NCBI GenBank assembly: GCA_963707985.1
Contig: CAVPRW010000025.1
Span: forward strand, 1 to 64,000
Source: an uncultured Nitrospinota bacterium
GTDB taxonomy: Bacteria; Tectomicrobia; Entotheonellia; J063; CAVPRW01
Length of the DNA: 64,000 bases
Direction of reading: 5' to 3'
Position 1 is the stretch's first letter. The number at the start of each line of letters is the position of its first letter. The translations under genes were made by a program, and so were the position numbers. This document shows, in pieces, positions 48,361-60,989 of this stretch. The notes below the pieces were generated by a model. It was not told the origin of the DNA, did no database searches, and worked only from the letters and a program-made list of their open reading frames with translations.

Positions 48361-48556
48361 CATGTACCTGCACTGGACGGTTATCCCGTACGTACTACAG
48401 CCCCTCACGCTGTATGTGGGCCGCCCAATCCGGCTCCATGTCCTGCGGTCCCTGCTATCGCGGGTGCCCCGCTCTGCCCAGGTACTCGGAGCATATGGGC
48501 AACGTTTGATGAAGCGCCGCTGCTGAGGATAGGGGCTGCAGAGACGAGGTCAAGCG

Positions 48557-49073
48557 TTAGCATGGGTCTTCGGTGGGCATGATCTCGCCTTGGTCATCGC
48601 AAAGATGCAGCGCGCCAAGAGTGGCTGTAATGGTGCCACCCTCAAAACCCAAGCTCATGAGATAGCGCGTGAACCGCTGACGTTCACGGGGTGAACAGGG
48701 GTAACTCCTTGGAGCGAAGGCGCTTACGAGCGGCCTGCTCAGCGAGCATGGCCTCGTCAACTTCGCTATAGACTTCACGAAGCACCTCCTCCAATAACTC
48801 TGAAGGTATGCCGCGCCGCTGGAGCTCCCAGGCCAGTCGCCGTCGGCCCAGCGGCTTGGCCTGCAGACGATAGCGCGCCCAATCCAGTGCCACCCTGCGA
48901 TCATCAATGTATCCGTCAGCTGCCAATTGGCGAAGGACTTCGGCAACGATCGTCGTCGTATATCCGCGCTGCTGAAGACGCTCCGACAATTCGCTCGAAG
49001 TCTGACTGCGATAGGTGAGGAGACGATATGCCTGCTGTTTGGCGCGCTGTAGTGTCTGGGCGTCCTGGTCCAT
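48557..49073 (-). CDS. recX: RecX regulatory protein (frameshift near 48700)
   Basis: AYRLL..EL..RL, GYIDD, GRRRLAWELQRRGI, RYLMSLGF in the next frame; lies downstream of recA. Confidence 0.88.
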
Positions 49074-49114
49074 GGCTAATGCTTCACCTGATCAATGCAC
49101 TCCGAACTTTGCTG

Positions 49115-50188
49115 CTACTTGACGGGTTCCGCTTCATCTGGCGAGATCCGGATCAAGCCCAGCTCACGTCTCAGCTGCGCGTCGAGATCAGCGGTAAGGG
49201 CTGGGTTATCCTTGAGATATTTCTTGGCGTTTTCGCGTCCTTGTCCGATACGCTCATCTTGATGAGAGTACCAAGCCCCACTCTTGGTGACGAGCCCGCG
49301 TTCCGCCGCCAGGTCCAGAAGATCACCTTCACGGGAAATCCCTTCCCCGTACATAATGTCAAATTCTGCTTGTCGGAATGGAGGAGCCACTTTATTTTTC
49401 ACGACCTTCGTTCGCACCCGACTCCCGGTTACTTCCTCTCCCTCTTTCACCTGATTCACGCGGCGAATATCCAGGCGTACGGAAGCATAAAACTTGAGGG
49501 CATTTCCGCCGGTGGTGGTTTCCGGGTTGCCCACAAACATGCCGATCTTTTGGCGAATTTGGTTCAGAAATATCATCGAGGTTTTGGACTTACTGATAAT
49601 GCCTGTGAGCTTTCGTAACGCTTGCGACATCAGGCGCGCCTGCAGGCCCATCTGTGGGTCACCCATCTCGCCATCGAGCTCTGCTTTCGGGACAAGCGCG
49701 GCTACAGAGTCAATGACGACGACATCCACGGCGCCGCTGCGGACCAGTGTCTCCGCGATCTCAAGCGCCTGCTCACCGGTATCCGGTTGCGAGATGAGCA
49801 ACTCGTCCGTCTTCACGCCCAATTTTTGGGCATACACGGGATCGAGCGCATGTTCGGCATCGATAAAAGCCGCAATGCCTCCCGTCTTTTGTGCCTCGGC
49901 GATAATGTGCAGCGCAATAGTCGTTTTGCCAGAGGCTTCCGGGCCGAAAATCTCCGTCACGCGACCGCGAGGAATTCCGCCAACCCCAAGGGCGGCATCC
50001 AGGGAGATCGAGCCAGTCGAAATAACCGAAACATCAAACGCACTGGGCTCAGCTCCAAGCCGCATGATGGCGCCTTTGCCGAACTGCCGCTCAATTTGCG
50101 ATAATGCCAAACTAATAGCCTTTTCTTTGCCCTCTTTCAATCCTTCCACCGTTGGCTCCTCCATGGGGGTCGTGCCGTTTCGCCTCAT
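49115..50188 (-). CDS. recA: Recombinase A
   Basis: [38 protein letters not shown]. Confidence 0.99.
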   Translation of the reverse strand: MRRNGTTPMEEPTVEGLKEGKEKAISLALSQIERQFGKGAIMRLGAEPSAFDVSVISTGSISLDAALGVGGIPRGRVTEIFGPEASGKTTIALHIIAEAQKTGGIAAFIDAEHALDPVYAQKLGVKTDELLISQPDTGEQALEIAETLVRSGAVDVVVIDSVAALVPKAELDGEMGDPQMGLQARLMSQALRKLTGIISKSKTSMIFLNQIRQKIGMFVGNPETTTGGNALKFYASVRLDIRRVNQVKEGEEVTGSRVRTKVVKNKVAPPFRQAEFDIMYGEGISREGDLLDLAAERGLVTKSGAWYSHQDERIGQGRENAKKYLKDNPALTADLDAQLRRELGLIRISPDEAEPVK

Positions 50189-50215
50189 CGGTCGAAAGTG
50201 CTAACCCTCTCCTTT

Positions 50216-50800
50216 TCATTCACCCTCCGAGGTCGGTGTGACGCGTGGGAAATGTGCGGTATGAATGGTCGAGTAGCGCGCTCCCGAAGCCTGCAGCTGA
50301 CTTTCGACCAACTCGATGTGGTCGACGTCAAGCTGACCCACTACCGTCTCACGATGGCGCTTCAGCGTCGTGAGGAAATCGCCTCGGTGGAGGATGCGCT
50401 TCAATCGGGCCAAGGTCAGGTGGGGCGCAAACGGGCGATTTTCGGATGGAAAGCCAACCTGCATCAAATGTGCGTCAAGGGCCTGTTGCATCTGGCGCAA
50501 AACCCCAGTCACTTCCTGAACACTCACCCACAAAACCCGTGGACTAGATTGATGTGGAAAAACCCCGACCCCGGCAAGCGATAACGTGAACGGCTGACAA
50601 TATTGTACTATCGTGGTCATACACGAAATAATCGGTTTGATTTGGGTAAAATCGACGTCGCCTAAAAATTTCAACGTCAGGTGAAATCCAGCTTCCCGCA
50701 CCCATGTCGCCTCTAATGGTAAGGGCCGAAACTCCTGTTGTAAAGCGACGAGTTTTGCCTTGACATCAACCGGGAGTGGGATAGCGATAAAGACGCGCAC
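50216..50800 (-). CDS. thpR: RNA 2',3'-cyclic phosphodiesterase
   Basis: Two HxT motifs (HLTLKFLG, PHLTLAR); typical position before recA. Confidence 0.93.
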   Translation of the reverse strand: MRVFIAIPLPVDVKAKLVALQQEFRPLPLEATWVREAGFHLTLKFLGDVDFTQIKPIISCMTTIVQYCQPFTLSLAGVGVFPHQSSPRVLWVSVQEVTGVLRQMQQALDAHLMQVGFPSENRPFAPHLTLARLKRILHRGDFLTTLKRHRETVVGQLDVDHIELVESQLQASGARYSTIHTAHFPRVTPTSEGE

Positions 50801-50933
50801 CAGTCGCTTTTCCTCCCTGGCGACAGGGGCTCCATGTTATGAATCGTCGGAGTGCCAGCCGATGGCTGTCTGCTCTCCGCATCAACGTCAGTCGAGGGGG
50901 AATGAAGTATGCCGCTTGGGAGCGGTTCAGAGC

Positions 50934-51425
50934 TTAGCACGCTGGAATGTGGGTATACTGGCTCAGCGCATCGCGAAGTATGGTGAGCGATTTGACCGCC
51001 GATCGTTGCTGGATCTCCGTACGATCGCCAGGGATCACTCCTTCCCACCAGGCACTGACAGTTGGCAAAGCGATGGCAATATATGTGAGGCCGATAGGTT
51101 TCGAGCTTCGGCCGATCCGAGGCCCTGTCAGACCTGTGACTGCCATCCCCACTTCCACACCGCTGAGCTCTTGCACCTGCGTCGCCATCGCAAGGGCTGT
51201 TGCCAGACTCACAGCTCCGTGCTGGCGGAGCACGGCAGGTGGAATGGCAAGAGACGTTTCCTTCGCTTCATTGCTGTAGGCGACAATGCTCCGATCGAAA
51301 TAGCTTGAGCTCCCCGGGACGGACGTCAGTAGATAACCTATGAATCCCCCCGTTGAGGTTTCAGCTACGGCAAGATGCCAACCTCGTTCGATAAGCAATC
51401 GGCCTATCTCTTCTTCGACTGCCAT
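50934..51425 (-). CDS. CinA C-terminal domain / NMN deamidase (PncC-like)
   Basis: LAVAETSTGG, PGSSSYF, YSNEAK, GAVS. Confidence 0.88.
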   Translation of the reverse strand: MAVEEEIGRLLIERGWHLAVAETSTGGFIGYLLTSVPGSSSYFDRSIVAYSNEAKETSLAIPPAVLRQHGAVSLATALAMATQVQELSGVEVGMAVTGLTGPRIGRSSKPIGLTYIAIALPTVSAWWEGVIPGDRTEIQQRSAVKSLTILRDALSQYTHIPAC

Positions 51426-51598
51426 ACTCTGCACTTTCCTCGCACATCCGGAGGCATGGCACAACGCCAGCCCTCTGAGGAGGCAATCACCTTTTCGATA
51501 GGAGCAACAAGAGCCCCCGGCCACCTATTGGCCCAGCAGTTTCCGAACTGCTGGACGAAGTGCAGGGACCGTCGTCCGTGGGCGCACAACACCACATG

Positions 51599-52768
51599 TT
51601 AGCCTATGGACAGGTGGTGAATGATAGAGGCCGCCGTTTCACGGGCCCAGCGATCGGCTTCGAGAATAACCTCGATGTCGCCATCGACGATAGGACGAGC
51701 CTCGTGTCGACCGAGGGTTTCCTCGATCACAGCGGGAATATCGACAAAACGAATCCTCTCTTGCAAAAATGCCTCCACCGTCGTTTCGTTGGCGGCATTG
51801 AGCACCGCTGGCAGTGTGCCGCAAGCACGAATTGCCTCGAAACCAAGGCGCAGACAAGGAAAACGCTGGAGGTCCGGGGCTTCAAAGGTCAGCGTGCCGA
51901 TCTGGGTGAGATCCAGTCTGGGTAGCGTATTGGCTAGGCGTTCAGGGTGGTTCAGCGCATACGCAATGGGAATACGCATATCGGGGATACCCAACTGGGC
52001 GATGACCGAACCGTCAATGAATTCCACCAGGGAATGCACAATACTTTGCGGATGGACCACCACGTCGACTTGATCAGCGTTCACTCCAAAGAGCCATCGT
52101 GCTTCGATCACCTCAAGCCCCTTGTTCATCATTGTTGCCGAATCTACCGTAATCTTTCGCCCCATCCGCCAGTTTGGATGTTGGAGAGCTTCGTGGACCG
52201 TGATCTCGCCAAACTTCTCCTGTGGCAAGGTGCGGAATGGGCCGCCTGAGGCCGTTAGGAGCAAACGCCTGACATCGCACGAATTATGGCCGGCTAATGC
52301 TTGAAAAATCGCGTTATGCTCGCTATCGACGGGCAGGATACGAACGCGTCCCTGAGCCTCGCGCATGACCAGTTCACCGGCCATGACCAGCGGTTCTTTA
52401 TTGGCGATGGCTACATCCTTGCCGGCTCGGATGGCAGAAAGCGTCGGTGCCAACCCTGCTCCGCCCACAATGGCGGAAAGGACAAGATCAACATCATGGA
52501 GGCTGGCAATTGTACATGCCCCATTGGTGCCCTCAAACACTTCTATCCCAAGGTCTGAGGTTCGCTCCCGCAGCTCCTTGGCTCGTTGCAAGTCGAACAC
52601 CGACACATAGGATGGCCGGAAACGCCGCATTTGTTGCTCGAGCAAGTCAATATTACTACCAGCCGCAAGTCCCACGACGGCGAACCGCTCCGGATGGTGT
52701 TGGACGATCTCCAGGGTATTGACCCCGACGGAACCGGTTGAACCCAGAATCGCCAACCTCTTTCTCAT
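51599..52768 (-). CDS. dxr: 1-deoxy-D-xylulose-5-phosphate reductoisomerase
   Basis: ILGSTGSVG, ANKE, PVDSEH, HPNWRMG.KITVDSA. Confidence 0.98.
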   Translation of the reverse strand: MRKRLAILGSTGSVGVNTLEIVQHHPERFAVVGLAAGSNIDLLEQQMRRFRPSYVSVFDLQRAKELRERTSDLGIEVFEGTNGACTIASLHDVDLVLSAIVGGAGLAPTLSAIRAGKDVAIANKEPLVMAGELVMREAQGRVRILPVDSEHNAIFQALAGHNSCDVRRLLLTASGGPFRTLPQEKFGEITVHEALQHPNWRMGRKITVDSATMMNKGLEVIEARWLFGVNADQVDVVVHPQSIVHSLVEFIDGSVIAQLGIPDMRIPIAYALNHPERLANTLPRLDLTQIGTLTFEAPDLQRFPCLRLGFEAIRACGTLPAVLNAANETTVEAFLQERIRFVDIPAVIEETLGRHEARPIVDGDIEVILEADRWARETAASIIHHLSIG

Positions 52769-52837
52769 GGCATGGCTCCCACTGTCTCCTCTCCCGCCCA
52801 TTCGCCCCGCTGACCTGGATCACACCACTGCATTCGT

Positions 52838-53645
52838 CTACGATGGAAGCTCTTGTCCAACAACATAGAGGACATAGTAATACAACACTGGTGCGCCAAA
52901 TAGGATACCATCGACCTTATCTAAAATGCCACCGTGTCCCGGAATCAGTACCCCAGAGTCTTTGACTCCGGAGCTCCGTTTCAACAGTGATTCACTTAAG
53001 TCGCCCAGTTGGCCCAGCACAGCCAATAGGCAACCAATGGCGACACATTGCGTCAGCGTAAAGTGCCCGAGTAGCCAGCGCCCTCCCAACGTAGCGCCAC
53101 AGAGACTGCCCAGGAATCCTCCAATCGCGCCCTCGATCGTCTTGCCCGGACTGAGCCTTGGGGCTAACCTATGGCGGCCAAACAATCGACCAGATACGAG
53201 AGCAGCGGCATCCCCAAGCCAGACAACGCCAAATATAAAGAATACATAATTTGGCCCATTGATGAACATGCGTAAGAGTACTACATAGCTGAATAGCCAA
53301 CCGACGTAAAAGGTACCAAACAGGGTAAATGCAAGACTTTGAAACGAGATCACCAATTCCTGCCGAACACAGAGCCCAACCAGGAATGACAGCATGACCA
53401 GCGCTGCCACCGCTCCATGGTGGGCGATACCGCCAACATAGAACGTGAGGGGCAACGCTCCGCCGCAGGCGATTCCGAGCCATCGCCAGCAAGGGAAGCC
53501 CTTGGCCGATAACATACGGTAAAATTCCACCAGTGCAACTAGGGTTGTAACGGTGACCAGGATCAAAAAGGAAAAAGGGGAGCCGAAATGTACGATCAGG
53601 ATCATGAGGTGGAAGAATGCAGAGAGCGCTGATGAGTCGTTTCAA
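52838..53645 (-). CDS. cdsA: Phosphatidate cytidylyltransferase (frameshift near 53610)
   Basis: SPGKTIEG, GDLSESLLKR, KDSG.LIPGHGGILD. Confidence 0.95.
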
Positions 53646-53654
53646 GCAGGGCTC

Positions 53655-54411
53655 CTATTGGCGGAGGACCTGTTCATGCGTCATACCGAAGCGTCGTTCA
53701 CGTTGTTGATAATCAATAATGGACCGGAGTAAATCGTCTCCCCGAAAATCAGGCCACAACACCTCGGTAAAGTATAGTTCAGTATAGGAGGTTTGCCATA
53801 AGAGAAAATTGCTCAAACGTTGTTCGCCACCAGTCCGAATCAACAGATCTGGATCGGGCAAGCCTACGGTATACAAGAAATTGCTGAACACTGTCGGCGT
53901 AATCGCCTCGGGGGCGCAGTTCCCCACGCTGGACGGCGTGTACGAGGTGCTGCACGGCATTGATGATCTCCATTCGAGAGCCATAGCTCAAGGCAAGTGT
54001 GAAGATCATGGCATCATTCTGGCTGGTTTGCGCCATCGTCTCACAGAGTATGCTCTGTATTGAGGTTGGGAGATCCTGAATGCGGCCAATCGCATTGAAG
54101 CGGATATTCTCCCGCACCATCCGCCGTAATTCCTTCCGCAGATAAATTTTCAGGATGCCCATAAGAGCTCGGATTTCTTGCCTAGGGCGAGACCAATTCT
54201 CCGTCGACAGCGCGTACAGAGTTAAACATGAAACGCCGAGTTTGCGAGCCGTGGTCACGACGTCATCAACTGCCATGACCCCGGCACGATGTCCAGCATG
54301 ACGTGGGAGTACACGCCGCTGCGCCCAGCGACCGTTTCCATCCATGACGATCGCGATGTGACGTGGAAGCTTGCCTTTGTCGATCTTCATCAGCAGGTCT
54401 GGGTCAAGCAT
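53655..54411 (-). CDS. uppS: Undecaprenyl diphosphate synthase (frameshift near 53905)
   Basis: [20 protein letters not shown], then [20 protein letters not shown] in the next frame. Confidence 0.95.
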
Positions 54412-54529
54412 CTAGCTCGCTCCTTTCCGCGGTCCGATGACGCCGACCCACCAGCTTATAAGATCCAACGCGTGCATGTACTTCAAGAGGAGGGAAGCAT
54501 TTGACGCAGATGTCTGGAACGCATGTGAC

Positions 54530-55102
54530 TCATATCTCCATCACCTCTTTCTCCTTTTGCGCCGACACCTGCTCCGCCATAGCGATGTATTTATCGGTTA
54601 ATCTCTGGACTTGGTCCTGTGCACGACGCAGCTCGTCTTCCGAGATTTTCTTGTCTCTTTCCAGGTTCTTGATGTCATCATTCCCTTCACGGCGAACGTT
54701 TCGGATGGCGACTTTACAGTCTTCTCCGAGCTTCTTCACCATGCGGGCCAACTGTTTCCGACGCTCTTCAGTCAAGGGCGGGATGGGAATCTTGATCACC
54801 CGCCCATCGCTCGAAGGGGTCAAGCCCAAATCGGATTTCAGAATGGCTTTCTCCACCTCACCAATGACTGAGCTATCCCAGGGTTGGATGGTCATTAGCC
54901 GACTTTCTGGAACCGAAAGTGTTGCGACTTGATTGAGAGGCGTGGGAACTCCATAATATTGGACAGCGATCCCATCCAACAGCGCAAGCGAGGCACGTCC
55001 AGTGCGGACGCTATTCAGCTCCTTGCGGAATGCATCCAACGAAACATTCATCTTTTTTTCGAGATCGGCATACACTTTTTGAACCGACCCGTCTTGAGCC
55101 AT
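54530..55102 (-). CDS. frr: Ribosome recycling factor
   Basis: VRTGRAS, PPLTEERRK, VAIRNVRR. Confidence 0.98.
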   Translation of the reverse strand: MAQDGSVQKVYADLEKKMNVSLDAFRKELNSVRTGRASLALLDGIAVQYYGVPTPLNQVATLSVPESRLMTIQPWDSSVIGEVEKAILKSDLGLTPSSDGRVIKIPIPPLTEERRKQLARMVKKLGEDCKVAIRNVRREGNDDIKNLERDKKISEDELRRAQDQVQRLTDKYIAMAEQVSAQKEKEVMEI

Positions 55103-55104
55103 CC

Positions 55105-55845
<741 letters not shown>

Positions 55846-55916
55846 TCAATCCGGACAGAACTCCCTCGAAGCGTCTCTAGGAACGCTCCTCGGACATGGT
55901 TTGGACAGGTAATGAT

Positions 55917-56513
55917 TTATTGGCCACCGAGTTGATAACGCTGGAATCGGCGTACCACGATGTTCTCGCCAAGCTTTGCACCCACACCCGACACCAGCTG
56001 ATTGACGCTCATGTCGGGGTCTTTGACAAATGGCTGCTCCAGCAAGCAGACTTCTTCGAAGAATTTCTCCAACTTCCCCTGCACAATGCGCTCGACGATG
56101 CGCTCAGGCTTGCCTCCCTCTCGGGCCTGCACATCGTAGATACCCTTCTCTCGGGCAATGATGTCCTCCGGAACATCTTCCCGGCGCAAGTAGAGGGGAT
56201 TTGAGGCAGCCACATGCATGGACAAGTCTTTTACCAGCGCCTGAAACTCTTCGGTCCGAGCCACGAAGTCGCTTTCACAATTGACTTCTACGAGCACACC
56301 GATCTTGCCGCCGGGATGGATGTATGACCCGATGACTCCTTCCGACGCCGTGCGCCCCGTGCGTTTGGCGGCGTCGGACAGGCCCTTCTGACGTAAATAA
56401 TCAATCGCTTTTTCCAGGTCTCCACCGGTTTCGGAGAGCGCGTTCTTGCAGTCCATCATGCCGGCACCTGTCTTCTCACGCAATTCTTTTACCATGCCTG
56501 CCGTAACAGCCAT
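55917..56513 (-). CDS. tsf: Elongation factor Ts (short, about 198 aa form)
   Basis: [26 protein letters not shown]. Confidence 0.98.
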   Translation of the reverse strand: MAVTAGMVKELREKTGAGMMDCKNALSETGGDLEKAIDYLRQKGLSDAAKRTGRTASEGVIGSYIHPGGKIGVLVEVNCESDFVARTEEFQALVKDLSMHVAASNPLYLRREDVPEDIIAREKGIYDVQAREGGKPERIVERIVQGKLEKFFEEVCLLEQPFVKDPDMSVNQLVSGVGAKLGENIVVRRFQRYQLGGQ

Positions 56514-56685
56514 ATCTTCACCCCCTCCTATTTTGGCTTGCCAATCGTCGCAAAATTCGCCAGTCGAGGCTGAGACCGCTCTGCTTATCAGTGGGCGATA
56601 GGCCAATGACCACGCGGATGCCATTCGACTTGTCTCGCAGCGTCTCGCCTACAGCCCAACCCCGCGCGCACAGAGTGCAGCCTGC

Positions 56686-57090
56686 CTAGCGCTTGGAGAA
56701 TTGGAAGCGCTTGCGTGCCCCCGGCTGTCCATACTTCTTTCGTTCTTTGGCACGTGCGTCGCGTGTGAGGAACCCTGCGCGCTTGAGGCGATCACGCAGT
56801 CCAACGTTATACTCCAGCAACGCTTTCGAAATGCCGTGACGTAAGGCTTCCGCCTGAGCAGAGATCCCGCCCCCGGCCAGTGTTGCGAAGACGTCAAAAC
56901 GTCCCACCTGTTCGGTCACATCAAAGGGCTGCATGACCACTAATCGCGAGGTCTCCCGCGGGAAATAGGCTTCAAACGCCCGTCGATTGACGGCGATATT
57001 GCCTGTACCCGCCTTGATCCAGACGCGGGCTACCGCAGTCTTCCGTTTGCCCGTCGCATACCATCGCTGCACATGATCTTCAACCGCCAT
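56686..57090 (-). CDS. rpsI: 30S ribosomal protein S9
   Basis: [27 protein letters not shown]. Confidence 0.99.
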   Translation of the reverse strand: MAVEDHVQRWYATGKRKTAVARVWIKAGTGNIAVNRRAFEAYFPRETSRLVVMQPFDVTEQVGRFDVFATLAGGGISAQAEALRHGISKALLEYNVGLRDRLKRAGFLTRDARAKERKKYGQPGARKRFQFSKR

Positions 57091-57146
57091 ACTCCCTCCT
57101 CTGCTCCCATCTCATACTAGTGATCCGGGGAGATACAGCCCATTCC

Positions 57147-57584
57147 TCAACTCTGGGTCTGGTCGAGTGGCTGAGGTTGCTGTGCTTGGTGCGGGTGATC
57201 AGGGCCCCCATAAACCTTGAGCTTCTTGAACATGGCCCGCCCCAATTTGTTTTTTGGCAGCATCCCCTTAACGGCGAGTTCGATGACACGTTCAGGTCTT
57301 TGGGCTAAGAGCTTATCTGCAAAAATGGATTTAAATCCCCCTGGATATCCGGAATGCCAAGCATAGAATTTGTCCTGTCGCTTGTTGCCGGTCAACCGCA
57401 CCTTCCGAGCATTGACGATGATGATGTGATCTCCGGTGTCCATGTGCGGGGTATAAATTGGCTTGTGTTTGCCACGGAGAATGGTGGCGACCTGGCTTGC
57501 TACGCGCCCTAGGACTTTTCCGTCGGCGTCGATGAGAAACCAGCGACGCTGTATGTCTTCCTGCTTCGCGCTGAAGGTTTTCAT
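57147..57584 (-). CDS. rplM: 50S ribosomal protein L13
   Basis: [22 protein letters not shown]. Confidence 0.99.
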   Translation of the reverse strand: MKTFSAKQEDIQRRWFLIDADGKVLGRVASQVATILRGKHKPIYTPHMDTGDHIIIVNARKVRLTGNKRQDKFYAWHSGYPGGFKSIFADKLLAQRPERVIELAVKGMLPKNKLGRAMFKKLKVYGGPDHPHQAQQPQPLDQTQS

Positions 57585-57747
57585 ATAATCGTTGGCTCCA
57601 ATGGGCTACTCAGCCGTCTTCCCGGTACACTGGTACGTTTTCCATGTTGAACTCGGCTAGGTTTCATTGCTCTCGGGTGGGGCAATACCCCACATCAACC
57701 TGTCGCCAAGGAACCCTGCACAAGAGAGCGCCTCCCGGCGATTCCTG

Positions 57748-58120
57748 TCAATCGCCGGTGAATTGAAAGGCGTTCTTGATCAGCTCAATATGTGACTGCT
57801 GTGCGTCCATCTCAACCGTCACGACATCGAAGCGACAGAGCTCATCGGCCTTCTTCCGTTGGATGAGATAGGCTTGCGATGCTTTGATCAAGTGACGTTG
57901 CTTCTGAAGTGTCACAGCCGCTGCCGGCGGACCATACTTTTGCGAGCGACGTGTTTTCACCTCAACGAAAGCCAGCATCGGCCCGTCGCGTGCGATGAGA
58001 TCGATCTCGCCAAACCGACAGCGGTAATTTCGTTCCAGAATGCGGTAACCATGTTGGCGGAGAAACTGGACGGCGGCTTCCTCCCCTGCTTTCCCGACTA
58101 GCGTGGCGCGGCTCAGTCAT
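57748..58120 (-). CDS. yraN: YraN-family endonuclease (frameshift near the start)
   Basis: GEIDLIA, FVEVKTR, RFDVV; downstream of rnhB. Confidence 0.88.
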
Positions 58121-58799
58121 ATCGACTCGCCTTCTGCACCACTCCACGAAAGGTCACCCGATGAATCATGGTCGGCCCCAACTGTTGAATGGCTCGCAAA
58201 TGGGTTACGGTGCCGTAGCCTTTATGTTGCGCCAACCCGTATCCCTGGAATTGACCATCGAGTGCCTCCATATAGCGGTCTCGGCTGACCTTAGCAACGA
58301 TTGACGCTGCCGCAATCGACCCAACCGTCTGATCACCACGGACAACCATGCGCTGCGGTTGGTTCACCGGCACGCCATCGCGGCCATCGACGAGCAGAAA
58401 ATCCGGCGGACATGCTAAGTCCTGGACAGCTGCCTGCATGGCTAATAAGGTGGCTTGCCGAATGTTTATGCGGTCGATCACACTAGCCTCAATGAATCCC
58501 ACCCCCACCCCCATGGCGACTTGCCGGATCGCATCGTATAGCTCGTCGCGCTCCGCTGGGGTTAGGCGTTTTGAGTCATCAACGTTCGCGATGGTCACGC
58601 CTGGACGGCATATCACCGCTGCAGCAACGACAGGCCCCGCCAGCGCTCCCCGTCCTGCCTCATCGATCCCGGCGATGTGTGTAAAGCCGTGCTTCCACAG
58701 CTTGTCTTCAGCTTGCCAGCTTATCAGAGATACAGGATGCATTGTGGTTTCCTGCGGGGCACCGTGCCACTCCCGCACTGCCATGCCCGCCACGCTCAC
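58113..58799 (-). CDS. rnhB: Ribonuclease HII
   Basis: GIDEAGRGALAGPV, DSK, IAAASIVAKV, HKGYGT. Confidence 0.97.
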   Translation of the reverse strand: MSVAGMAVREWHGAPQETTMHPVSLISWQAEDKLWKHGFTHIAGIDEAGRGALAGPVVAAAVICRPGVTIANVDDSKRLTPAERDELYDAIRQVAMGVGVGFIEASVIDRINIRQATLLAMQAAVQDLACPPDFLLVDGRDGVPVNQPQRMVVRGDQTVGSIAAASIVAKVSRDRYMEALDGQFQGYGLAQHKGYGTVTHLRAIQQLGPTMIHRVTFRGVVQKASRYD

Positions 58800-58801
58800 A
58801 G

Positions 58802-59149
58802 CTACGACGGGCGTCGTTCGCGAATACGCGCCGCTCTTCCCTTCTTACTGCGCAAATAGTAGAGTTTTGCCCGCCGGACGCGGCCAGCACGCACGACCTC
58901 GATCTTGTCAACCATCGGCGAATGCAGCGGAAAAATACGCTCGACCCCCATCCCGTAGGAAATCTTTCGAACCGTGAAGGTTTCACGGCTTGAACCTCCT
59001 TTACGGGCGATCACCACCCCTTCAAACACCTGAATCCGCTCTTTTTCGCCTTCGACGACGCGCACGTGTACACGCACCGTATCCCCCGCCTGAAAGGTGG
59101 GGAGCGAATCCTTCCGTGCTTCTTCTTCGAAGAGCTGCAGCATATTCAT
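58802..59149 (-). CDS. rplS: 50S ribosomal protein L19
   Basis: [23 protein letters not shown]. Confidence 0.99.
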   Translation of the reverse strand: MNMLQLFEEEARKDSLPTFQAGDTVRVHVRVVEGEKERIQVFEGVVIARKGGSSRETFTVRKISYGMGVERIFPLHSPMVDKIEVVRAGRVRRAKLYYLRSKKGRAARIRERRPS

Positions 59150-59191
59150 AGCGCATCCTCATAGGCCAGCACCGTGATCAGGTGTGGCATG

Positions 59192-59917
59192 CTAGATGGA
59201 CTCAAGCAGGGCCTGGTCCTCCCGGGTGAGTGCAGCGTGCTGGAGCAACTCCGGACGTCGATGCAGCGTCCGCTTGAGTGCTTCTTGACGACGCCAGCGC
59301 TGGATTTGCTGGTGATTACCGGAAAGCAACACGTCGGGCACCGGTTGCCCCCGAAACATTTTCGGCCGTGTATACTGTGGCGCATCCAAGAGGTGACCCA
59401 CGAAGGAGTCGTCATCTGCAGAGAGCGTATTGCCCAGCACGCCGGGTATCAGCCGTATCATGGCATCCATCATAACGAGCGCGGCGAGTTCGCCTCCCGT
59501 CAGCACATAGTCGCCGATCGACATCTCCTCGTCGACATAGGCCCGCACGCGGTCATCGGCTCCGCCATAACGCCCGCAGACGAGCAGTATGGCTTCTTTA
59601 CCCGCCAACTCCCGAGCCCGCTGTTGCGTGAACAGGTGCCCCTGCGGGCACGTCAAAATCGTGTGCAAGGCGGGGACCTCGGTACGCAGCCGCTCTATAC
59701 CGTGCACGAGCGGCTCAACCTTCATAATCATGCCTGGACCGCCACCGTATGGAGCGTCATCGGTCGTCCGGTGTAGGTCAGTGGTATATTGCCGCAGATC
59801 ATGCAAGGCAATCCGCACCAAGCCCTTCTCCTGCGCACGCTTGAGGATACTTTCCTGCAATGGTGACACAAGGATCTCAGGGAAAATTGTCAAGACATGA
59901 AGCTCTAGCATGCTCAC
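59192..59917 (-). CDS. trmD: tRNA (guanine37-N1)-methyltransferase
   Basis: DDAPYGGGPGM, SIGDYVLTGGE, YTRP, LLSGNH. Confidence 0.97.
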   Translation of the reverse strand: MSMLELHVLTIFPEILVSPLQESILKRAQEKGLVRIALHDLRQYTTDLHRTTDDAPYGGGPGMIMKVEPLVHGIERLRTEVPALHTILTCPQGHLFTQQRARELAGKEAILLVCGRYGGADDRVRAYVDEEMSIGDYVLTGGELAALVMMDAMIRLIPGVLGNTLSADDDSFVGHLLDAPQYTRPKMFRGQPVPDVLLSGNHQQIQRWRRQEALKRTLHRRPELLQHAALTREDQALLESI

Positions 59918-60424
59918 AACAATCCTGGTATCGCGCGCACATGCAGCAGGCCCTGCGCTGCATCCACCGCCAGAATCACATCTTTAATGAAAGGCAGGAG
60001 CGTTTCCTGCGTGCCCTGACGCACGACAAGCACTTCGTTACTTCCGGTCGGGAAAAACTCCTCCACACGACCGAGACACGCGCCATCTTCGGTATAGACC
60101 GTCAATCCCTCCAGATCAAACCAATAAAATTCCCCTTCGGGTCGAGGGGGGAGCTCCTCACGTCCAACGCAGAGCTCACACCCGGTCAGTGATCGCGCCA
60201 TCTCTTGTGAGACACAACCGTCTAGGTGGAGGAGTAGCCGCTCCCCCATTCGACGTATGTGTATGATCCGGTAGCTTTGGAGGCACCCATCGGCGCGCAG
60301 AACCGCCACCTCGTGCAGGCGATCAAAGCAAGCCAAATCATTCAGATACGGCTCAACGAGGAGCTCCCCTCCCAGTCCATGGGGGTGAAGCACCCGACCT
60401 ATAGGTACCGGTCCCGTCGCTCAC
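59914..60424 (-). CDS. rimM: Ribosome maturation factor RimM (frameshift near the start)
   Basis: IGRV..PHGLGGE, EFYWFDLEG, TGSNEV, LLPF; between khpA and trmD. Confidence 0.92.
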
Positions 60425-60442
60425 TTTCCTTTCTGCACGAAC

Positions 60443-60673
60443 TCACTCTAGGATTTCTAGGACGGCCCGCTTCTTGAGTTTCGTGGCCGCTGCGTTGACA
60501 ATCGTTCGCATCGCCCGAGCCGTCCGTCCCTGACGCCCGATGACCTTTCCTAGGTCTGTCTCCGCCACTTTCAGCTCTAGTACCGTGGTCTTTTCTCCCT
60601 CGATCTCCCTTACTTCGACTTCCTCCGGCCTGTCAACGAGGGCTTGAGCGATCGAGCGTACAAGCTCCTTCAT
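60443..60673 (-). CDS. khpA: KH-domain RNA-binding protein
   Basis: [22 protein letters not shown]. Confidence 0.93.
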   Translation of the reverse strand: MKELVRSIAQALVDRPEEVEVREIEGEKTTVLELKVAETDLGKVIGRQGRTARAMRTIVNAAATKLKKRAVLEILE

Positions 60674-60728
60674 ACGGGCTTCCTCCGCAGTAGGCCGCGC
60701 GCGGCTTGATGGATCGAGGGATGAAGGA

Positions 60729-60989
60729 TTATGTAGAGGCGACTTTCTGCCAAACCCCGACACGAGCTAAGAGCGACTTCACCGTCTCAGTGGGTTGCGC
60801 TCCCCATGTGAGCCATTGCTGGACCCGTTCCTCATTGACCGTGATTTGTGGGGGATTGACCAATGGATTGTAATGGCCAACCGTTTCGATGAAACGGCCA
60901 TCGCGAGGTGAGCGTGAGTCTGCGATAATCATGCGATAGATGGGCTTCTTCTTGGCGCCAATACGTTTGAGTCTTATCTTAACGGCCAC
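60729..60989 (-). CDS. rpsP: 30S ribosomal protein S16
   Basis: [29 protein letters not shown]. Confidence 0.98.
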   Translation of the reverse strand: MAVKIRLKRIGAKKKPIYRMIIADSRSPRDGRFIETVGHYNPLVNPPQITVNEERVQQWLTWGAQPTETVKSLLARVGVWQKVAST

